A DNA stretch of 64,000 nt from Eledone cirrhosa (lineage: Eukaryota). Shown in pieces: positions 27,940 to 42,293 of the stretch. The DNA is taken from assembly GCA_964016885.1 (NCBI GenBank), contig OZ024743.1:272986001-273050000 (forward strand), written 5' to 3'. Below the pieces are notes generated by a model. It had not been told where the DNA came from. It worked only from the letters and a program-made list of their open reading frames with translations, and searched no databases. Both the position numbers and the translations under genes were made by a program. Every line of letters begins with the position of its first letter. The stretch's first letter is position 1.

Positions 27940-28420
27940 TTGTTGGAAATCAGAATTGGAAGTAGTCGAAAAATGTGTATACCTGTGCATCTCACCTAGT
28001 GTTTCGTGCACTTTAGATGATGAAATATCTGTATGGGTTCAGAAATCGGTTGCATTCTTCTGGGCTCTTGCGTCACTTCTCTCTTACGTAGGTAACGCAA
28101 ATAGTTGCGTATCAGTACTCCTAATCTATTTTACTGGTTTGAATCATGTAATTGTATATACGTCATGTAACTGTTCTTGATTACTTCCATCAACATTTTA
28201 AAGATGTATTCTGAATGTCGACTATTCAACTTGGATTCCGAACAGAGACATTCAAAGGGAACCGGCGGTTTAAGCAAGGCGGTAATGTTTGCTAAGTACA
28301 GACTATGCTGAACCTGAGAGCTCATACTAATGAGTGATAAATATTCACGATGCAGATGCAATATCATGAACTTCTATGGAGACCCACCAGGTGAAACCAA
28401 AGCTAGTGTTTAGGTTTTAT
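27940..28420 (+). mobile_element. Decayed RTE LINE 3' fragment
   Basis: LEVVEKCVYL...TLDDEISVWVQKS resembles RTE 'LE.V..F.YLGS.....LDDEI..RI.KAS'. Confidence 0.55.
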
Positions 28421-28886
28421 GTAAAACCATCCTTGAAAGCATAACGAATACAGGATGACAACTGAGAAAATGCTTTTCTTGAGAAATAATGCAGAAAATC
28501 TATAAAAGTCGGTGCAAATAATCATCAAAAAGCACACGTATCCTACACACAATTTAAGCGAGTAACTGTATTTGATGTCGTCTATATCTTTCCAAAGCCT
28601 AATTTGTCAAAAAATGAATCATACGACTTGATAAAACATTGATTGCAGTACAGAAAGATCAGAAGAAGAGATAGCGTAATATGCAGTTCATATACCTATT
28701 GATAGTTTATAAGACACTATGTTAAACATCAGAATACATTTGTGCCTACTGTTGTGCATTTGCAATATACATTATAAATCTGCGAAATGACACGTAGGAG
28801 TCTGACGGGCTTAAATAGTAACAGATGCGAATGCGATTCTCTATTAGAGTGGTGAACTTCCTTGGAGACACGTGAACTGTCCTCTG

Positions 28887-29146
<260 letters not shown>

Positions 29147-29518
29147 GATTGGAAGGTTATTAAAATCGAAGTTGTGACGGTCGACCAACATCCGCGATAG
29201 AACAAAAAGTCAGATTTGCACGAATCACTCAATAAGAATGTATCGATAAATCGATAAGTTACACGTTGGAATCATAAACAGATAGCGTGAGAAATTGAAA
29301 ATTGTGGGTAAGGGGACAAAGCCACAGAAGCCACCACAACAACGAAAATACAATCATGTTAAATAACAAACCTGGGCCGTATCGTAGAGTATTATATAAT
29401 ATCCTCGATTGGCTTCTATGAATCCAAAATCAACAATCTGAATTGCGCAATATGCAAGTTTTATCGCTCTACATGGTTGAATACAAGAAATGTAAATCTG
29501 AATCTCTCTCTCTCTCTC

Positions 29519-29659
<141 letters not shown>

Positions 29660-32600
29660 GATGGCAGATGGCTCTTCACTTGTCTCCTTATTTCGATATA
29701 TGTAATCTCCAGATTTTTACATAATTGCCGTTGACCACACCTCGCACAGAATCCAAGGAACTTGCGTAAAAATTCCTAACATAGGGATCACAAAACTAAT
29801 AACATTATTGAAAAAGAAACTGTTTAACAAGATACATTTGTACATTTGTATTAAAAATAATTTTGAAATATTGGTTTCAAGCTGATATCAAAATATATTT
29901 ATCAAATAAATATCTATTTTTTTTTAAATTAATTTGTAGTATGCATATTTCTCACTTTTGAAACGAGTGATCAATACTGCTATTATATTGTTGACTTCAA
30001 GACAATTAAATAAAATACCCGGGAAACAGAAATAAATATTAATACATTCCCTACTCAGTTATTTCCGTACCCATAAATCTTTAAATATTGTGTAGCATTT
30101 CATAAAATTTGATCCAATTAAATTATTATAAATGCCATTCAAATCTTGATCAACTCATCTTTTTCGTGGCATTTAGGATTAATTCGTATAATCTGTTGTT
30201 TTTGGTTGTAAATAGTACGTTACGTTTCGAGAAAGTGTAGAGAAGTGGTTTATGCTGTAGATTGTAATGCATTCCACAGTGAAGCTAACTTCACGATCAC
30301 ATTTAACTTGATTGACAGAAGCTATCTCATTGAATTAGTGTTTTATAAATTCATGACAAATATATTTCCCTAAAGATTTCAGTTATTAGGTTGTGGCTAT
30401 GATGTGACATGACATAAAAATCGAACTTGACTATCTCTTATTTCGGATGAATGAAGAGCAATGTTTTGCTGGGCTAGACTTAAAAATGATATATAAAGTT
30501 TGTTTTACAATGTTTTTCAACGAGATATTTTCCAATTTGTGTAAACCTGATAGCCACCAGCACACGCCTAATGTATGATTGTTTGCTTAAGAGTCCCGGT
30601 TAATAGCCATGTGGTTTAAGGTTAGATTGAAGGGCGTGATACCGTACCAAATATCGTATATAACCTTAATTTGACCATTAACTTTTGAGCGGAATTTGGT
30701 TGACGAAATTCTGCTGTCTGTATAATTAATATCCATAAGTCGATGGAGTGTCTGAGGAAATGCTTGTGGCTTTTATTCTTCATCTTATGCGTCCAGAGTT
30801 AGAAACTCAGCAAATTCACTACCGCCTTTCATTCTTTCGTTATCGATAAATAACACATTAGGAAGTGAACTAGCACAATCGTTAAAACATCAAACAAGGT
30901 GTCTTGAGGTATTTGTTCCGATGCTTTGCATTTTGGGTTCCAACTCTGCTGTAACAAGCATGGATCGTAGGCTTCTTTCATCTCCTGGTTTAGTACTAGT
31001 GACTTAAATTCTTGTGCAATCATTCTACTCAGGTCTTCTGTTGACGATTCCACCCGTCACGCACACACATAATTCAAGCTGCCTCAAACGCTCTGAAACA
31101 ACTTATGGATATTCCTTTTCTCAGACGAGATTCAAAGAAATACTTGGCATCACGATTCAATGCTAATGTGAAGAAAAGTCAACCAATAAGTAAACAATAA
31201 ATCTACTTACAAATAAAAGTTTACATATTCGTGGATATTTGTGTATATTGTATCACATTTGTATGTTTATTTCCTGAAATCTTAGGCCAGTTTTAACAAT
31301 CAGTACAAATTAATAACAGTCAAGCACACCATGAAATTGATATTCATAGTGTCCTCTCCAAATATGTCGAACACATTTTATTCCGATATCTGGATTCGTC
31401 ATCGCTTGCTATATAAATATTAGATGATGACTGTTCATTTCCATGTATATGTGCTTCTCTGCTGTAGCTAGCTTAGAAGTTGCTATGGTATTTCTTACGT
31501 AATCTGTTACAAAATCAATAGAATATATTAAGAAAATGATAAACAATTCCTCTGTGTATATTTTTATATTTTTGAAAATACAGACTTTAAGGTATTCACT
31601 TGAGACTACACAGCGAAAGATTAGATAAATGTGCATACAATGTCATGTGTATGTTTTTAAGTCAATTTTATCATCGCATATCATACTTCAAATGTTGTAC
31701 AGTGTTCAATATAATATGAAGCCATACTCAACAACAATAAAAAAGAGACTCATTAAAAAAAGAGTTTTATTCAAATAGAGTCATCTTTACGGCAGCCAAT
31801 GTTGAATCACCAGCATTCTCTCTCCACAGACTTGGGTTTAAGTTGTGGCGCCTTAGGAGTGAAACTCGTGGAATAGAGTGGCTGATTAAAAGGATAGACG
31901 CAAACTTTGGTCGTGGCAATGGTTTTTCATTACTCTATATTCGGGGCTGGTGAGGGAAAATGTATACAACAACCACATGGAAGATGTTTGTTTGTTTGTT
32001 TTTATTTTAATAAATATGTGCAATAGAAATGAGGGAAACAAGTAGTTTACAAGCCCCTAGTGCTATATATTCAATATGCATGTTTCTGCTATATATAATA
32101 TTAAAACAAATTCGAATCTTTTAGTAAACGTATTTCTTAAGAGCACATTGGATTTTGTGGTAATGTTCTAATATAATTCTGCAAAATGATAGTATCTGTA
32201 AAGTGTTGCTCGTTGCAGGGCATATTATAACATAAAAACGACGCTACGACGCTTCATTTGGCACTCTTAACCGTAATTTCATATTTGATGATGCCTGGTG
32301 AACACCATCATTAGTTGAGTAAATCATTCCCAATATTTTACATATATTTGTGTAAATATAAGTGTAAATAAATGCGAAAAGTTGACATTAGTTGAATTGG
32401 AAATGAGCACTGAAAGGCCCAGAATTTAATACTGTAACATACTTCGTCCAATACTCTCAATATTTTCTATAGTCGGTTAGTAAAAAACAAACAGATAAAT
32501 TTCGAGAAGGTGTGTTTTATTTTCATCAATGAAATATTTAAATGTCCTACAGAAAACTGAAAAATTATTCGAAATATACGTATCGCGAGTAAATGATTCA

Positions 32601-32844
32601 GAATATTTTAAATCATGTACATACATCTTCGGGGAAATGCGAACCTTGCACGTCAGGCATAATTGACAGAGCAATTCTTGGTCACAGTCAGTACGTTCGA
32701 GATTGTAACACATGATATAGATTTTATGTATATTAATAATTGCCAAGCTGCATTGTATCAACCAACCGTAAAAAATATATGCCATCAGTTATGGTAATAG
32801 GTATCTGTTTTATATTTATGAATCTATATCTATTTATTATACAT

Positions 32845-32997
32845 ATATGCTTTCCAGCATAGTTACGTCCCTTTACGATGTGAGTTCAAATCCCGCCGAG
32901 GTTGACTTTGCCTTTCATCCTTACGGGGTCGATAAAATAAAGTACCAGTAATGCACTGGATAATTGCTGGCCTTGTGCCTAAAGTACAAACAATTAT
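32845..32997 (+). mobile_element. SINE copy (5'-truncated)
   Basis: GAGTTCAAATCCCGCCGAGGTTGACTTTGCCTTTCATCC...GCCTTGTGCCTAAAGTACAAACAATT. Confidence 0.9.
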
Positions 32998-33057
32998 ATA
33001 TATATGCATACATACATTAATACATACATGCACACACGCGCACACTCACATATATAC

Positions 33058-33126
<69 letters not shown>

Positions 33127-33181
33127 CATATATATATATATGAATTTATATATATGTGTGAGTGTGAGTGTGTGTGTGTGT

Positions 33182-33234
<53 letters not shown>

Positions 33235-33284
33235 TACTTATATATAAATATGTATACATATACACACACAAACATACACACACA

Positions 33285-34090
33285 AAATATCAAATTATTC
33301 ACTGAAGAGGTCACAGAATGTGTAACGAAATAAACAACCATCCGGTTTTTAAACCAACCAACTGGAAATTTTTAATAAGTTGAAGTGAAAAAGAACAGGT
33401 GCGTGTGATTCTATTGGCATCATGACCCTTACAAAATATAACAATATGTATGTATGTTTGTATGTATGTATGTATGTATGTCAGGTCACCAGTTGGTGCT
33501 ACTGGTAACATGTATCCCAGTTCAAACTGTCTCATGGTCGGGTCGTTGGCGACTAAACTGGCAACCCCACCAAGGTTTCTTGGTGAGGAGGGTGACTTTG
33601 GACATCCTGTAGGACTAAAAACGAAACCTATCAACGGGCAAAGGAGCTCTTAAGAGTCAATTGCCATCCAAAATCACCAGGAGAGATGAGCCCTTAGCCT
33701 TTGTCAAGGCAGAATTCTAGGAGAAGGAAAACTCTGATATAACACCTGCAACTCTGATGGTATCCAATGATGTTGATTTGTTCTTCTTTTTGGTATATAT
33801 CATCTTGGTTAGGAGAGTGGGACTGGCTTTGTGCAGTGCCTTTGCGCACTATAAAAGCTTCACGGCACAGGCATTGTTTTATATCTGGAGATCTCTCTGC
33901 ACTTGTCGTCACATGGTACCATGGGCCCAGCACTATATGTCAATAATTGTCACAAGTGTAGTGTTTGTGCCAGAGTTTTCAAGTCGCTGGCTCGACTAAA
34001 AAGTCACTCGTTCAGCGCATCGGTAGGGGTTTTCCTACATGGATATAAAGTAGTGGCCGTACTCGAAAACGAGTTGGCAGCCACCATGTA

Positions 34091-34126
<36 letters not shown>

Positions 34127-34506
34127 CACAATATATACATACATATGTATATATATATTGTTATATTTTGGAAGGGTCATGCTGTCAATAGAATCACACG
34201 CACCTGTTCTTTTTCACTTCAACTTATTACAAATTTCCAGTTGGTTGGTTTACAGACCGGATGGTTGTTTATTTCGTTACACATTCTCTGACCTCTTCAG
34301 TTAATAATTTGATATTTTGTTTCTCTTTTTTTTTCTGTCCTACACCATCTTCTTTTTGGAAGTGACGAAAGGGCTTTGACAATAAATACATAAACAAACA
34401 ACTGGTTAATAAACCAACCAACTGGAAATGTGTAATAAATTGAAGTGAAAACAAATAGGAGCGTGTGTTTTTATTGGCAGCATGAGCATTGCAAAATATA
34501 ACAATA
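33285..34506. mobile_element. Three family F arms (33285-33447 +, 34156-34345 -, 34355-34506 +) with partial hammerheads, interrupted by an RTE-derived insert
   Basis: CTGAAGAGGTCACAGAATGTGTAACGAAA at about 33302, its complement at about 34272-34300, and GTGACGAAAGGGCTTTGAC at 34362-34380. Confidence 0.8.
33481..34086 (+). mobile_element. Non-autonomous RTE-derived retroposon (~610 bp) in (TATG)n
   Basis: Close match to 51492-52098. Its 3' part reads CHKCSVCARVFKSLARLKSH (C2H2-like C-terminal motif of RTE ORFs) and ends in an ATGT repeat. Confidence 0.75.
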
Positions 34507-37224
34507 TCTTTTTCAACATATATTTTCAGATAAGAAATCTTGCAAAAGATATACGAGAACGAAATATATATATATATACATAATATATATGGTAATATAA
34601 TAATAACGCGCGCGCACACACACACACATATATATGAGTATATTTGTTTTATTTTGTTATGTAAGTGTTCCTGTGTCTGTTCACGTATTTGTTCATGTGT
34701 AACAACGAAGAACATATTTAGATATTTTCCTCTGAAATTCACAATGCATAACGTTTTCTTGCATTGTGATTAATATTTGAAAAACACAAACTAACGCTCA
34801 GTCAAATATAACAGGAAATATAACAAATATAACAAGGAAAATATTCGAACAGAAATGATCACAAATATATCGAGCCGATTTCAAGGAAGTTTATAGCTTC
34901 GTTATGTCGATATTTCGTTTTCTTTTATGAACCTTAACGTTCTCTAATGTAATGTATCTATTGAATAATGAAAATAAAAGCATTTTTGAATGCTGGAAAC
35001 TACGACATCGATTGCTATTCCAAGAAGTTATATAAACTACAAAAAATCATTCACTCATTCATGGTTAAATTCTAGAATATATATCGGACTATTTATTTCT
35101 TCATTTCCATTTTTTTCCTTTTCTTGTGAATCAAATATTAGCAATTTCAGGAAACTGGTGTTTTCATAAAATGTATCTAGACATATATTAAGGTTCATTC
35201 CCAAGAGGTAGCCAAGTCATTTAACCTACAGTGAAAAACATAACTGACGAACTTGTACGACTTAAAAACAGTTGAACTGGACAAAGGGAATCTTTGTTCA
35301 GCCTAGTATATTAATCGGCTTCGATTTGCATATATAACAGTTTTGCATCAGCTAATAATTTTTCTCTGAATAATTTCAACAACACAGAGATATATATCTA
35401 TTCTCTCATACGTTTCTCTATAGTCATTTTAACCACAAATTGCACTGTTGACATTTCATGGAGTAGTCAACAGTTTCGTTTCTAGAATCTTACACGGCTT
35501 CTGTTATACATTTTTTGATATGAGTCAATATTCGTTTTTAAATGTGACCCATCCCCAAACAATTGGATCAATATGAGTTGCGGTAATGTTAACTTAATCA
35601 AGTATGTCAGAAGCACTAGCAAGCTTTTTAGCATTTTATTTGCAAAAAATATGCAAACGGCATCCTCTTATTCTCGGCATTCCCTTTCAAATCATAGAAA
35701 ATACCCCACAGTAAAATGATAAGCTTATGATATTTCTAGTTTCAAAATACATCGGGTATTTACATAATATATTAGTGATAGCTACATTACATTTCCATTT
35801 ACGAAAATATTCGATGAATAAATAATAGTAGCTGACGTCTACAAGGAGTCTGTTCATAAATAATTATTAGTCATTGGCGTTCTTTGCTCATCCTGAAGTT
35901 CTATATAGTGCTTTCAATCGTAAGAACATGTCCCTTATGATAGATGGCTGCTCTAGTAATTCACTAGTTATTATTTTCTCTACTTTGGAAGGATGAAAGG
36001 CTTACAGATTTTGTAAAGTTCTAAGAAGGAACGTAGCCACGTAATTAAATACTAAAAATATTATATCAGCCACTCAAACGATTCATGAAAACTAATCTCA
36101 TTTAAAGTAACTAAAATCATACAACTCACCGGGCGGATTTCTGCTCACATGTATAATCTGTCAGGTGTGCGTAAGAAATAAAAAAAAACCTATCTGATCT
36201 GATGTGTGAATAATCAGAATACACACAGACATATTTGATTTGTGGTTTAATAAATCATGATTCTTCAGTCCAAAATGCTGAAGCTAATAAGGTAAGGATA
36301 ATTTTGAAAAGTATATTTATAATACTGGTACTAATATTCAATGGATATATTTGGACACAACATAATTACTAGTCACTTTATTTTACACCATCTTTCTCAT
36401 ATGTGATGAAATAATTTTGGTAGTTTTAATGAAATAATTTCACCATTATCAATAACCGCAGTCAAACGTTATAACTTTTATAATGTATATTAACCTAAGG
36501 GCAGTTCAAGGATTATATCGCTACTACTGTTCTAGATGTTTCAATAAACACTGTATATTGTCTACACTTTCAGTTTGTCTTTATTTCATATGATTTAATT
36601 TCATTAACTATGTATGAATGTTTCATTTGCGTATCAAATGAAATATATAATCAGTGAAACGGATAATTTGAAATTCTAGCACTTTATTGCATACCAGTTA
36701 CCTATTTCACACATTTTATAGAAACTGTACCTGCATATATTGACCTACGTCTTATATGCTTACATCAATCATATTCCTTATATATGAGATTATATGTTCA
36801 GCACACCTATATGGTGGTGTACTATTATGGAATTAGGAATATATATCCAAATACAGTTATCAAATTAATAAACTTGACACTTTCGTCCTCAGGTCGTTTA
36901 AACGTTGGTTATTTGTACCGTACGTTTGCGTTCTGAATTCAAATCCTACCGGTTCATTCTGTTGGTGCCGATAAAGAAATTATCAGCCACAACTTCATCC
37001 TGCAGTCACATTTTGAATATTTCACTGGACCAAAGGAGGACGGGAAGAGAGGGTGTATGTGTCTATTTGCAACTGCATGCGCAGCTACAATTCTTAGCAA
37101 AAGATTGGTGCATAACATACTCGTTTACGAACATCAACATTAGTAGTTTATATACATATATGTATATATATATGTATATTAACTACTAATGCTGTATATA
37201 AACTACTAATATATATATATATAT

Positions 37225-37255
<31 letters not shown>

Positions 37256-37552
37256 ATTTTCTATCTCTTTCTAATAATTTATAGCAGCTCAAAAGAAAAA
37301 TAATGACAGAATTTGAATGAAACATACTCTTAAAATAAATATATTCACCTTAACCAGCAAATCCTTGTCTCAGATTAGCTACACTATATTTAGATAAGCT
37401 TTCTGATTATAATTTGAAATGTAATATTTCAATAAACATACATTCATACCTACGACTACTGTAAATGTTATGGCATATTTATTTTAGCACACACATATAG
37501 TGTATCAAAGTAAATTCAATACTATATTTGTTGAATATATATATATGAATAT

Positions 37553-37641
<89 letters not shown>

Positions 37642-37785
37642 GTTAAAATACTGGAGCGTGTTGGAGTTAAACACCCTCTTCGTGTTATAGAAATGACAGT
37701 AAAAGGATATAGCTCAATGTAGTTAAACAGAGCCGAAAAATTAAGAGAGTAAAACAAAGAAGCCTTCAATACATCAACAGTCTTT

Positions 37786-37830
37786 ATTAGCCGACAATGT
37801 TTCGTCCTATTAAGGACTCATCAGGGCAAT
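37786..37830 (-). ncRNA. Canonical minimal type I hammerhead (family G, left arm)
   Basis: Minus strand: ATTGCC-CTGATGA-GTCCT(TAAT)AGGAC-GAAAC-ATT-GTC-GGCTAAT. Confidence 0.85.
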
Positions 37831-39150
37831 TCAAACAACAAGAAATAATAACGGCAGATACAAGCCAGAAGCTCCGAAGAATATGGAGTGTACATATATT
37901 AAAGTATTGCAAAAATATATAATAAAAATAATAAAAATATATAATGAAAATTACTAAGGATGTATGTGACATTAAGAACCATATTACAAATATAGTCCAA
38001 AGCCAAAAAAAAACTAGGGCTAGACAAAGGTGGTTATATAGATCAGGAATCATATATAATATAATGTAATATAATATAATTATACCTTTACCAACATTAA
38101 AGTTACAATGGAAAATCAAAAGGTACATTATGCATATGTATATATGTGTGCACACACACACACACACATACACCTACAACAATACACACATCTATCTTCA
38201 ACTGCACAAATTTAACCTTATCAAGAGTTTGAATATGAAAATGAGCATGATAGGAATGAGAATAATAATAATGATAATACTAATACATCTACCCAATATA
38301 CATGGGGTAATAATATGATATAATTATAAGTAGCATATATAATCAATAATAAACAATACAATTATATACTATATAATACAATATAATAGAATGGATAATC
38401 TCCGGTTAATTTACACAAACAATATAGATGTCACAATAATAATATAATTATAATATAATATAACATACCAAGATGTATAATATACAATATACTAACACTT
38501 ATAATCAACAATATATAAGTTAACAAATCAATTCATATTGGGTTACAGAGTAGGCGAGGAAAAATAAATAAATTGTACGGAATTTTGTTGGTACAAAAAT
38601 ACAAAGATCCTACATGATATATAAAGTTTAATATATAATGTTACATATAATTAACGGTAAGTGATAAGGATCAATATTACAATAAAAAATACAATATAAT
38701 ATAATATATTATATAAAATAAGTTGACATAATATAATATATAATTACTTATAATTACAAGGTTGGTAGACATACATATATATGGATGAGTGAGTAAATGC
38801 CAGACAGTAAATGCAATGCACAATATTAATAAAATATACAATATAAAATATAGAATAAAAAATTTGATTTTCCATTGTAACTGTAATGTTGGTAAAGGTA
38901 TAATTATATTATATTACATTATATTATATATGATTCCTGATCTATATAACCACGTTTGTCTAGCCCTAGGTTTTTTTGCTTTGGACTATATTTGTAATAT
39001 GGTTCTTAATGTCACATACAACCTTAGTAATTTTCATTATATATTTTTATAATTTTTATTATATATTTTTGCAATACTTTAATATATGTACACTCCATAT
39101 TCTTCGGAGCTTCTGGCTTGTATCTGCTGCTATTACTTCTTGTTGTTTGA

Positions 39151-39195
39151 ATTACCCTGATGAGTCCTTAATAGGACGAAACATTGTCGGCTAAT
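39151..39195 (+). ncRNA. Canonical minimal type I hammerhead (family G, right arm)
   Basis: ATTACC-CTGATGA-GTCCT(TAAT)AGGAC-GAAAC-ATT-GTC-GGCTAAT; predicted cut after C39188. Confidence 0.8.
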
Positions 39196-39236
39196 ATAGA
39201 CTTTTGATGTATTGAAGGCTTCTTTGTTTTACTCTC

Positions 39237-39274
<38 letters not shown>

Positions 39275-39296
39275 GAGAGTAAAACAAAGAAGCCTT

Positions 39297-39425
39297 GGTA
39301 ATCTTGAGATTTATTACATAATCACACACAAGAAGAAACTGCTGAATAACAGAATTGAACGAACATTATTCTGCCGTCACAGAACTAAAACCCTTTTTTC
39401 CCACTACAAGCAGAATATTACATAA
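39297..39425 (+). pseudogene. C-terminal tip of a Penelope-like (Neptune-type) GIY-YIG endonuclease ORF, 5'-truncated
   Basis: Reads GNLEIYYIITHKKKLLNNRIERTLFCRHRTKTLFSHYKQNIT*, matching the PLE C-terminal pattern ExxxI...LLNxRxE...CRHxxK. Confidence 0.7.
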
Positions 39426-39537
39426 AAGAGGGACATCCCCCAACTATATAAACCTTAATCTAGTTAGAAAAATATAAAAACAATCTCTTCTCAACATATA
39501 TTAATAACCTTAAATTACCATACTAATAATGAAAAGA

Positions 39538-39595
39538 TATGCTGATGAGAATAGGTACAAATATGCGATAATGAATGTGTCTAAAAACGTCCATA
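39538..39595 (+). ncRNA. Degenerate hammerhead in the PLE 3' region
   Basis: TATG-CTGATGA-GAA-TAGGTACA...TGTGTCTA-AAAAC-GTC-CATA. Stems I and II pair, but G12>A and loop III is missing. Confidence 0.45.
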
Positions 39596-39752
39596 AGTAT
39601 GTATATATATGTGAAAATGTATATAAATAAGTAAATATATATATATGTTTGATGTGTATAGTTAGATGTAAGTGTATTCATGTATTAAAGTGCTTATATA
39701 TATATATATGTGTGTGTGTGTATGTATATATGTGTATATATGTATATGTATG

Positions 39753-39804
<52 letters not shown>

Positions 39805-40373
39805 TATATGTGTATGTATGTATGTGTATATGGATGTGTATGTATGTGTATGTGTGTACACATGGACTAGAGTATGTATGTATATGTGTGTGTGTCTATA
39901 CGTGTGTATATATAAAGATAAGTTGAGTATGAAAATGTATACACATGAGCGCGTATGTATGTACATGAATACATGTGTGTATATATATGTGTATGCATGT
40001 GTATATATATGTAAGTATGAATATGTGAATTGTGAGTATATGTATTTTGTAGAGGTGTGCAAATATATTTGTGTGTGAATGCGTGGGTGAAAGAATACGT
40101 ACACTTGAAAGAAAAATTTAAGTCTGAATGTTAAGTGCAAACACAAAACCAACCACGCATATCTTTACTATCTCTAATCCTTCTATAGATTTAGAAAAAT
40201 AACCAATAATATATTCTATAAAAAATGTCAAAACAACAGATGGGAATCTAATTACTCACTGCCACCAAGAATTCTCACTGCTATCGAAAAACCACTCCTT
40301 CAACTATTCTTCTAACAACTTCACCCCTCCCTCCTAATATTCTCTATAAAAACTAAATAGGTCCTCAGTAATA

Positions 40374-40490
40374 TTATTCTGATGAAATGACAGTAAATAA
40401 TAACATTGAAATATTGAATGTCTGCATAACTAAAAGTTTGTAGATAGCTGTTTTAGGTTATGTAACTGTTATAGAAACACGTGTCAATAA
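40374..40490 (+). ncRNA. Type I hammerhead with very long stem II (family H)
   Basis: TTATT-CTGATGA-A-ATGACAGT...(GCATAACTAAAA...TTTTAGGTTATGT)...ACTGTTAT-A-GAAAC-ACGT-GTC-AATAA. Stem I TTATT/AATAA; predicted cut after C40485. Confidence 0.75.
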
Positions 40491-40590
40491 ATTCCTTTCA
40501 ACTAAACTGTATCCATTCAAATCTTTCTATATATATATACATATATGTATATATATATATATATATACATATATGTATATATATATATAC

Positions 40591-40988
40591 ATATTGGTAA
40601 ACGGAATAGAAAATGCTGACAAATTGTTCACAGTTGAAAAATGGTTTAATTAGGAATAAAAGAGTATTAGTGATTGTATGGGTTAGTATTCAGTTGTGGT
40701 TTTAAGTTTTTAAGTTTTTACCGGTTGCGCATTTCTAAATGCTTTTCAAAAATAATTTTGAGATATAGTGTCCGTACTGTTTGCTCTGATCAGAGCAAAC
40801 AGCACGGACACTCTATCTCAAAATTATTTTTGAAAAGCATTTAGAAATGCGCAACCGGTAAAAACTTAAAAACTTAAAACCACAACTGAATACTAACCCA
40901 TACAATCACTAATACTCTTTTATTCCTAATTAAACCATTTTTCAACTGTGAACAATTTGTCAGCATTTTCTATTCCGTTTACCAATAT
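40591..40988. mobile_element. 398-bp near-perfect palindrome (family I) with mutated U3:A8 hammerheads at 40716-40752 (-) and 40827-40863 (+)
   Basis: Centre TGA|TCA at 40789/40790. TTT-TTGAAAA-GCATT(TAGA)AATGC-GCAAC-CG-GTA-AAA has A13>C in both arms. Confidence 0.85.
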
Positions 40989-41352
40989 ATAATAACTTGT
41001 GTGTTACACCTCTATTCTTTTAACTATATATACATATATACATATATATATAAATTGAAACAAAATGAAAACGAAATTTCATTTCTCACTCTTAGTATGG
41101 CACTTACTTAAATGTAAGTATGCATGTATACGTACATACATATATGTATACAGACGTACAGTAGCATGCACATATATATATATATATACATATATACATA
41201 CATATGCATACAGGTACACATACATATATGCACGTATCAGTTTAGCGGCGCTAACGTCGCTTTGTTCGTTTGTAAACAAACTGAACAGCCTGAATTTATG
41301 CCATACGGTGTTAAGGCAACCACGTAACCTTTTTGTTCAACACTGACACAGG

Positions 41353-41397
41353 AACGATGTACTAGTTTCAAGCTTGTTAGCTATCATCAGCACCGTT
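41353..41397 (-). ncRNA. Canonical hammerhead (family J, inverted copy)
   Basis: Reverse complement of 41551-41595. Confidence 0.85.
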
Positions 41398-41550
41398 TAC
41401 CCATCTGCCAGATAGTTGAACGTTCAATTTATCGTTTTCGGTATGCCTGACCGATTTAACTCACTCAATATGCAAATTAGGCTGCTCAGCCGTTAATTTT
41501 CATAAGGAAAGTATATACTTTCGAACGTTCAACTATCTGGCAGATGGGTA

Positions 41551-41595
41551 AACGGTGCTGATGATAGCTAACAAGCTTGAAACTAGTACATCGTT
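41551..41595 (+). ncRNA. Canonical hammerhead (family J, unit 1)
   Basis: AACGGTG-CTGATGA-T-AGCT(AACA)AGCT-T-GAAAC-TA-GTA-CATCGTT. 7-bp stem I, palindromic ACTAGT; predicted cut after A41588. Confidence 0.88.
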
Positions 41596-42016
41596 CCTGT
41601 GTCAGTGTTGAACAAAAGGGTGACGTGGTTGCCTTAACACCGTATGGCATAAATTCAGGCTGTTCAGTTTGTTTACAAACGAACAAAGCGACGTTAGCGC
41701 CGCTAAACTGATACGTGCATATATGTATGTGTACCTGTATGCATATGTATGTATATATGTATATATATATATATATGTGCATGCTACTGTACGTCTGTAT
41801 ACATATATGTATGTACGTATACATGCATACTTACATTTAAGTAAGTGCCATACTAAGAGTGAGAAATGAAATTTCGTTTTCATTTTGTTTCAATTTATCG
41901 TTTTCGGTATGCCTGACCGATTTAACTCACTCAATATGCAAATTAGGCTGCTCAGCCGTTAATTTTCATAAGGAAAGTATATACTTTCGAACGTTCAACT
42001 ATCTGGCAGATGGGTA

Positions 42017-42061
42017 AACGGTGCTGATGATAGCTAACAAGCTTGAAACTAGTACATCGTT
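42017..42061 (+). ncRNA. Canonical hammerhead (family J, unit 2)
   Basis: Identical to 41551-41595; predicted cut after A42054. Confidence 0.88.
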
Positions 42062-42293
42062 CCTGTGTCAGTGTTGAACAAAAGGGTGACGTGGTTGCCT
42101 TAACACCGTATGGCATAAATTCAGGCTGTTCAGTTTGTTTACAAACGAACAAAGCGACGTTAGCGCCGCTAAACTGATACGTGCATATATGTATGTGTAC
42201 CTGTATGCATATGTATGTATATATGTATATATATATATGTGCATGCTACTGTACGTCTGTATACATATATGTATGTACGTATACATGCATACT

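Larger units (their letters stand above)
37638..39241. mobile_element. PLE-like element with ~380-bp inverted repeats (family G), bounded by (TA)n
   Basis: 37740-38121 is the near reverse complement of 38862-39241, with a hammerhead in each arm and an A-rich spacer. Confidence 0.85.
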
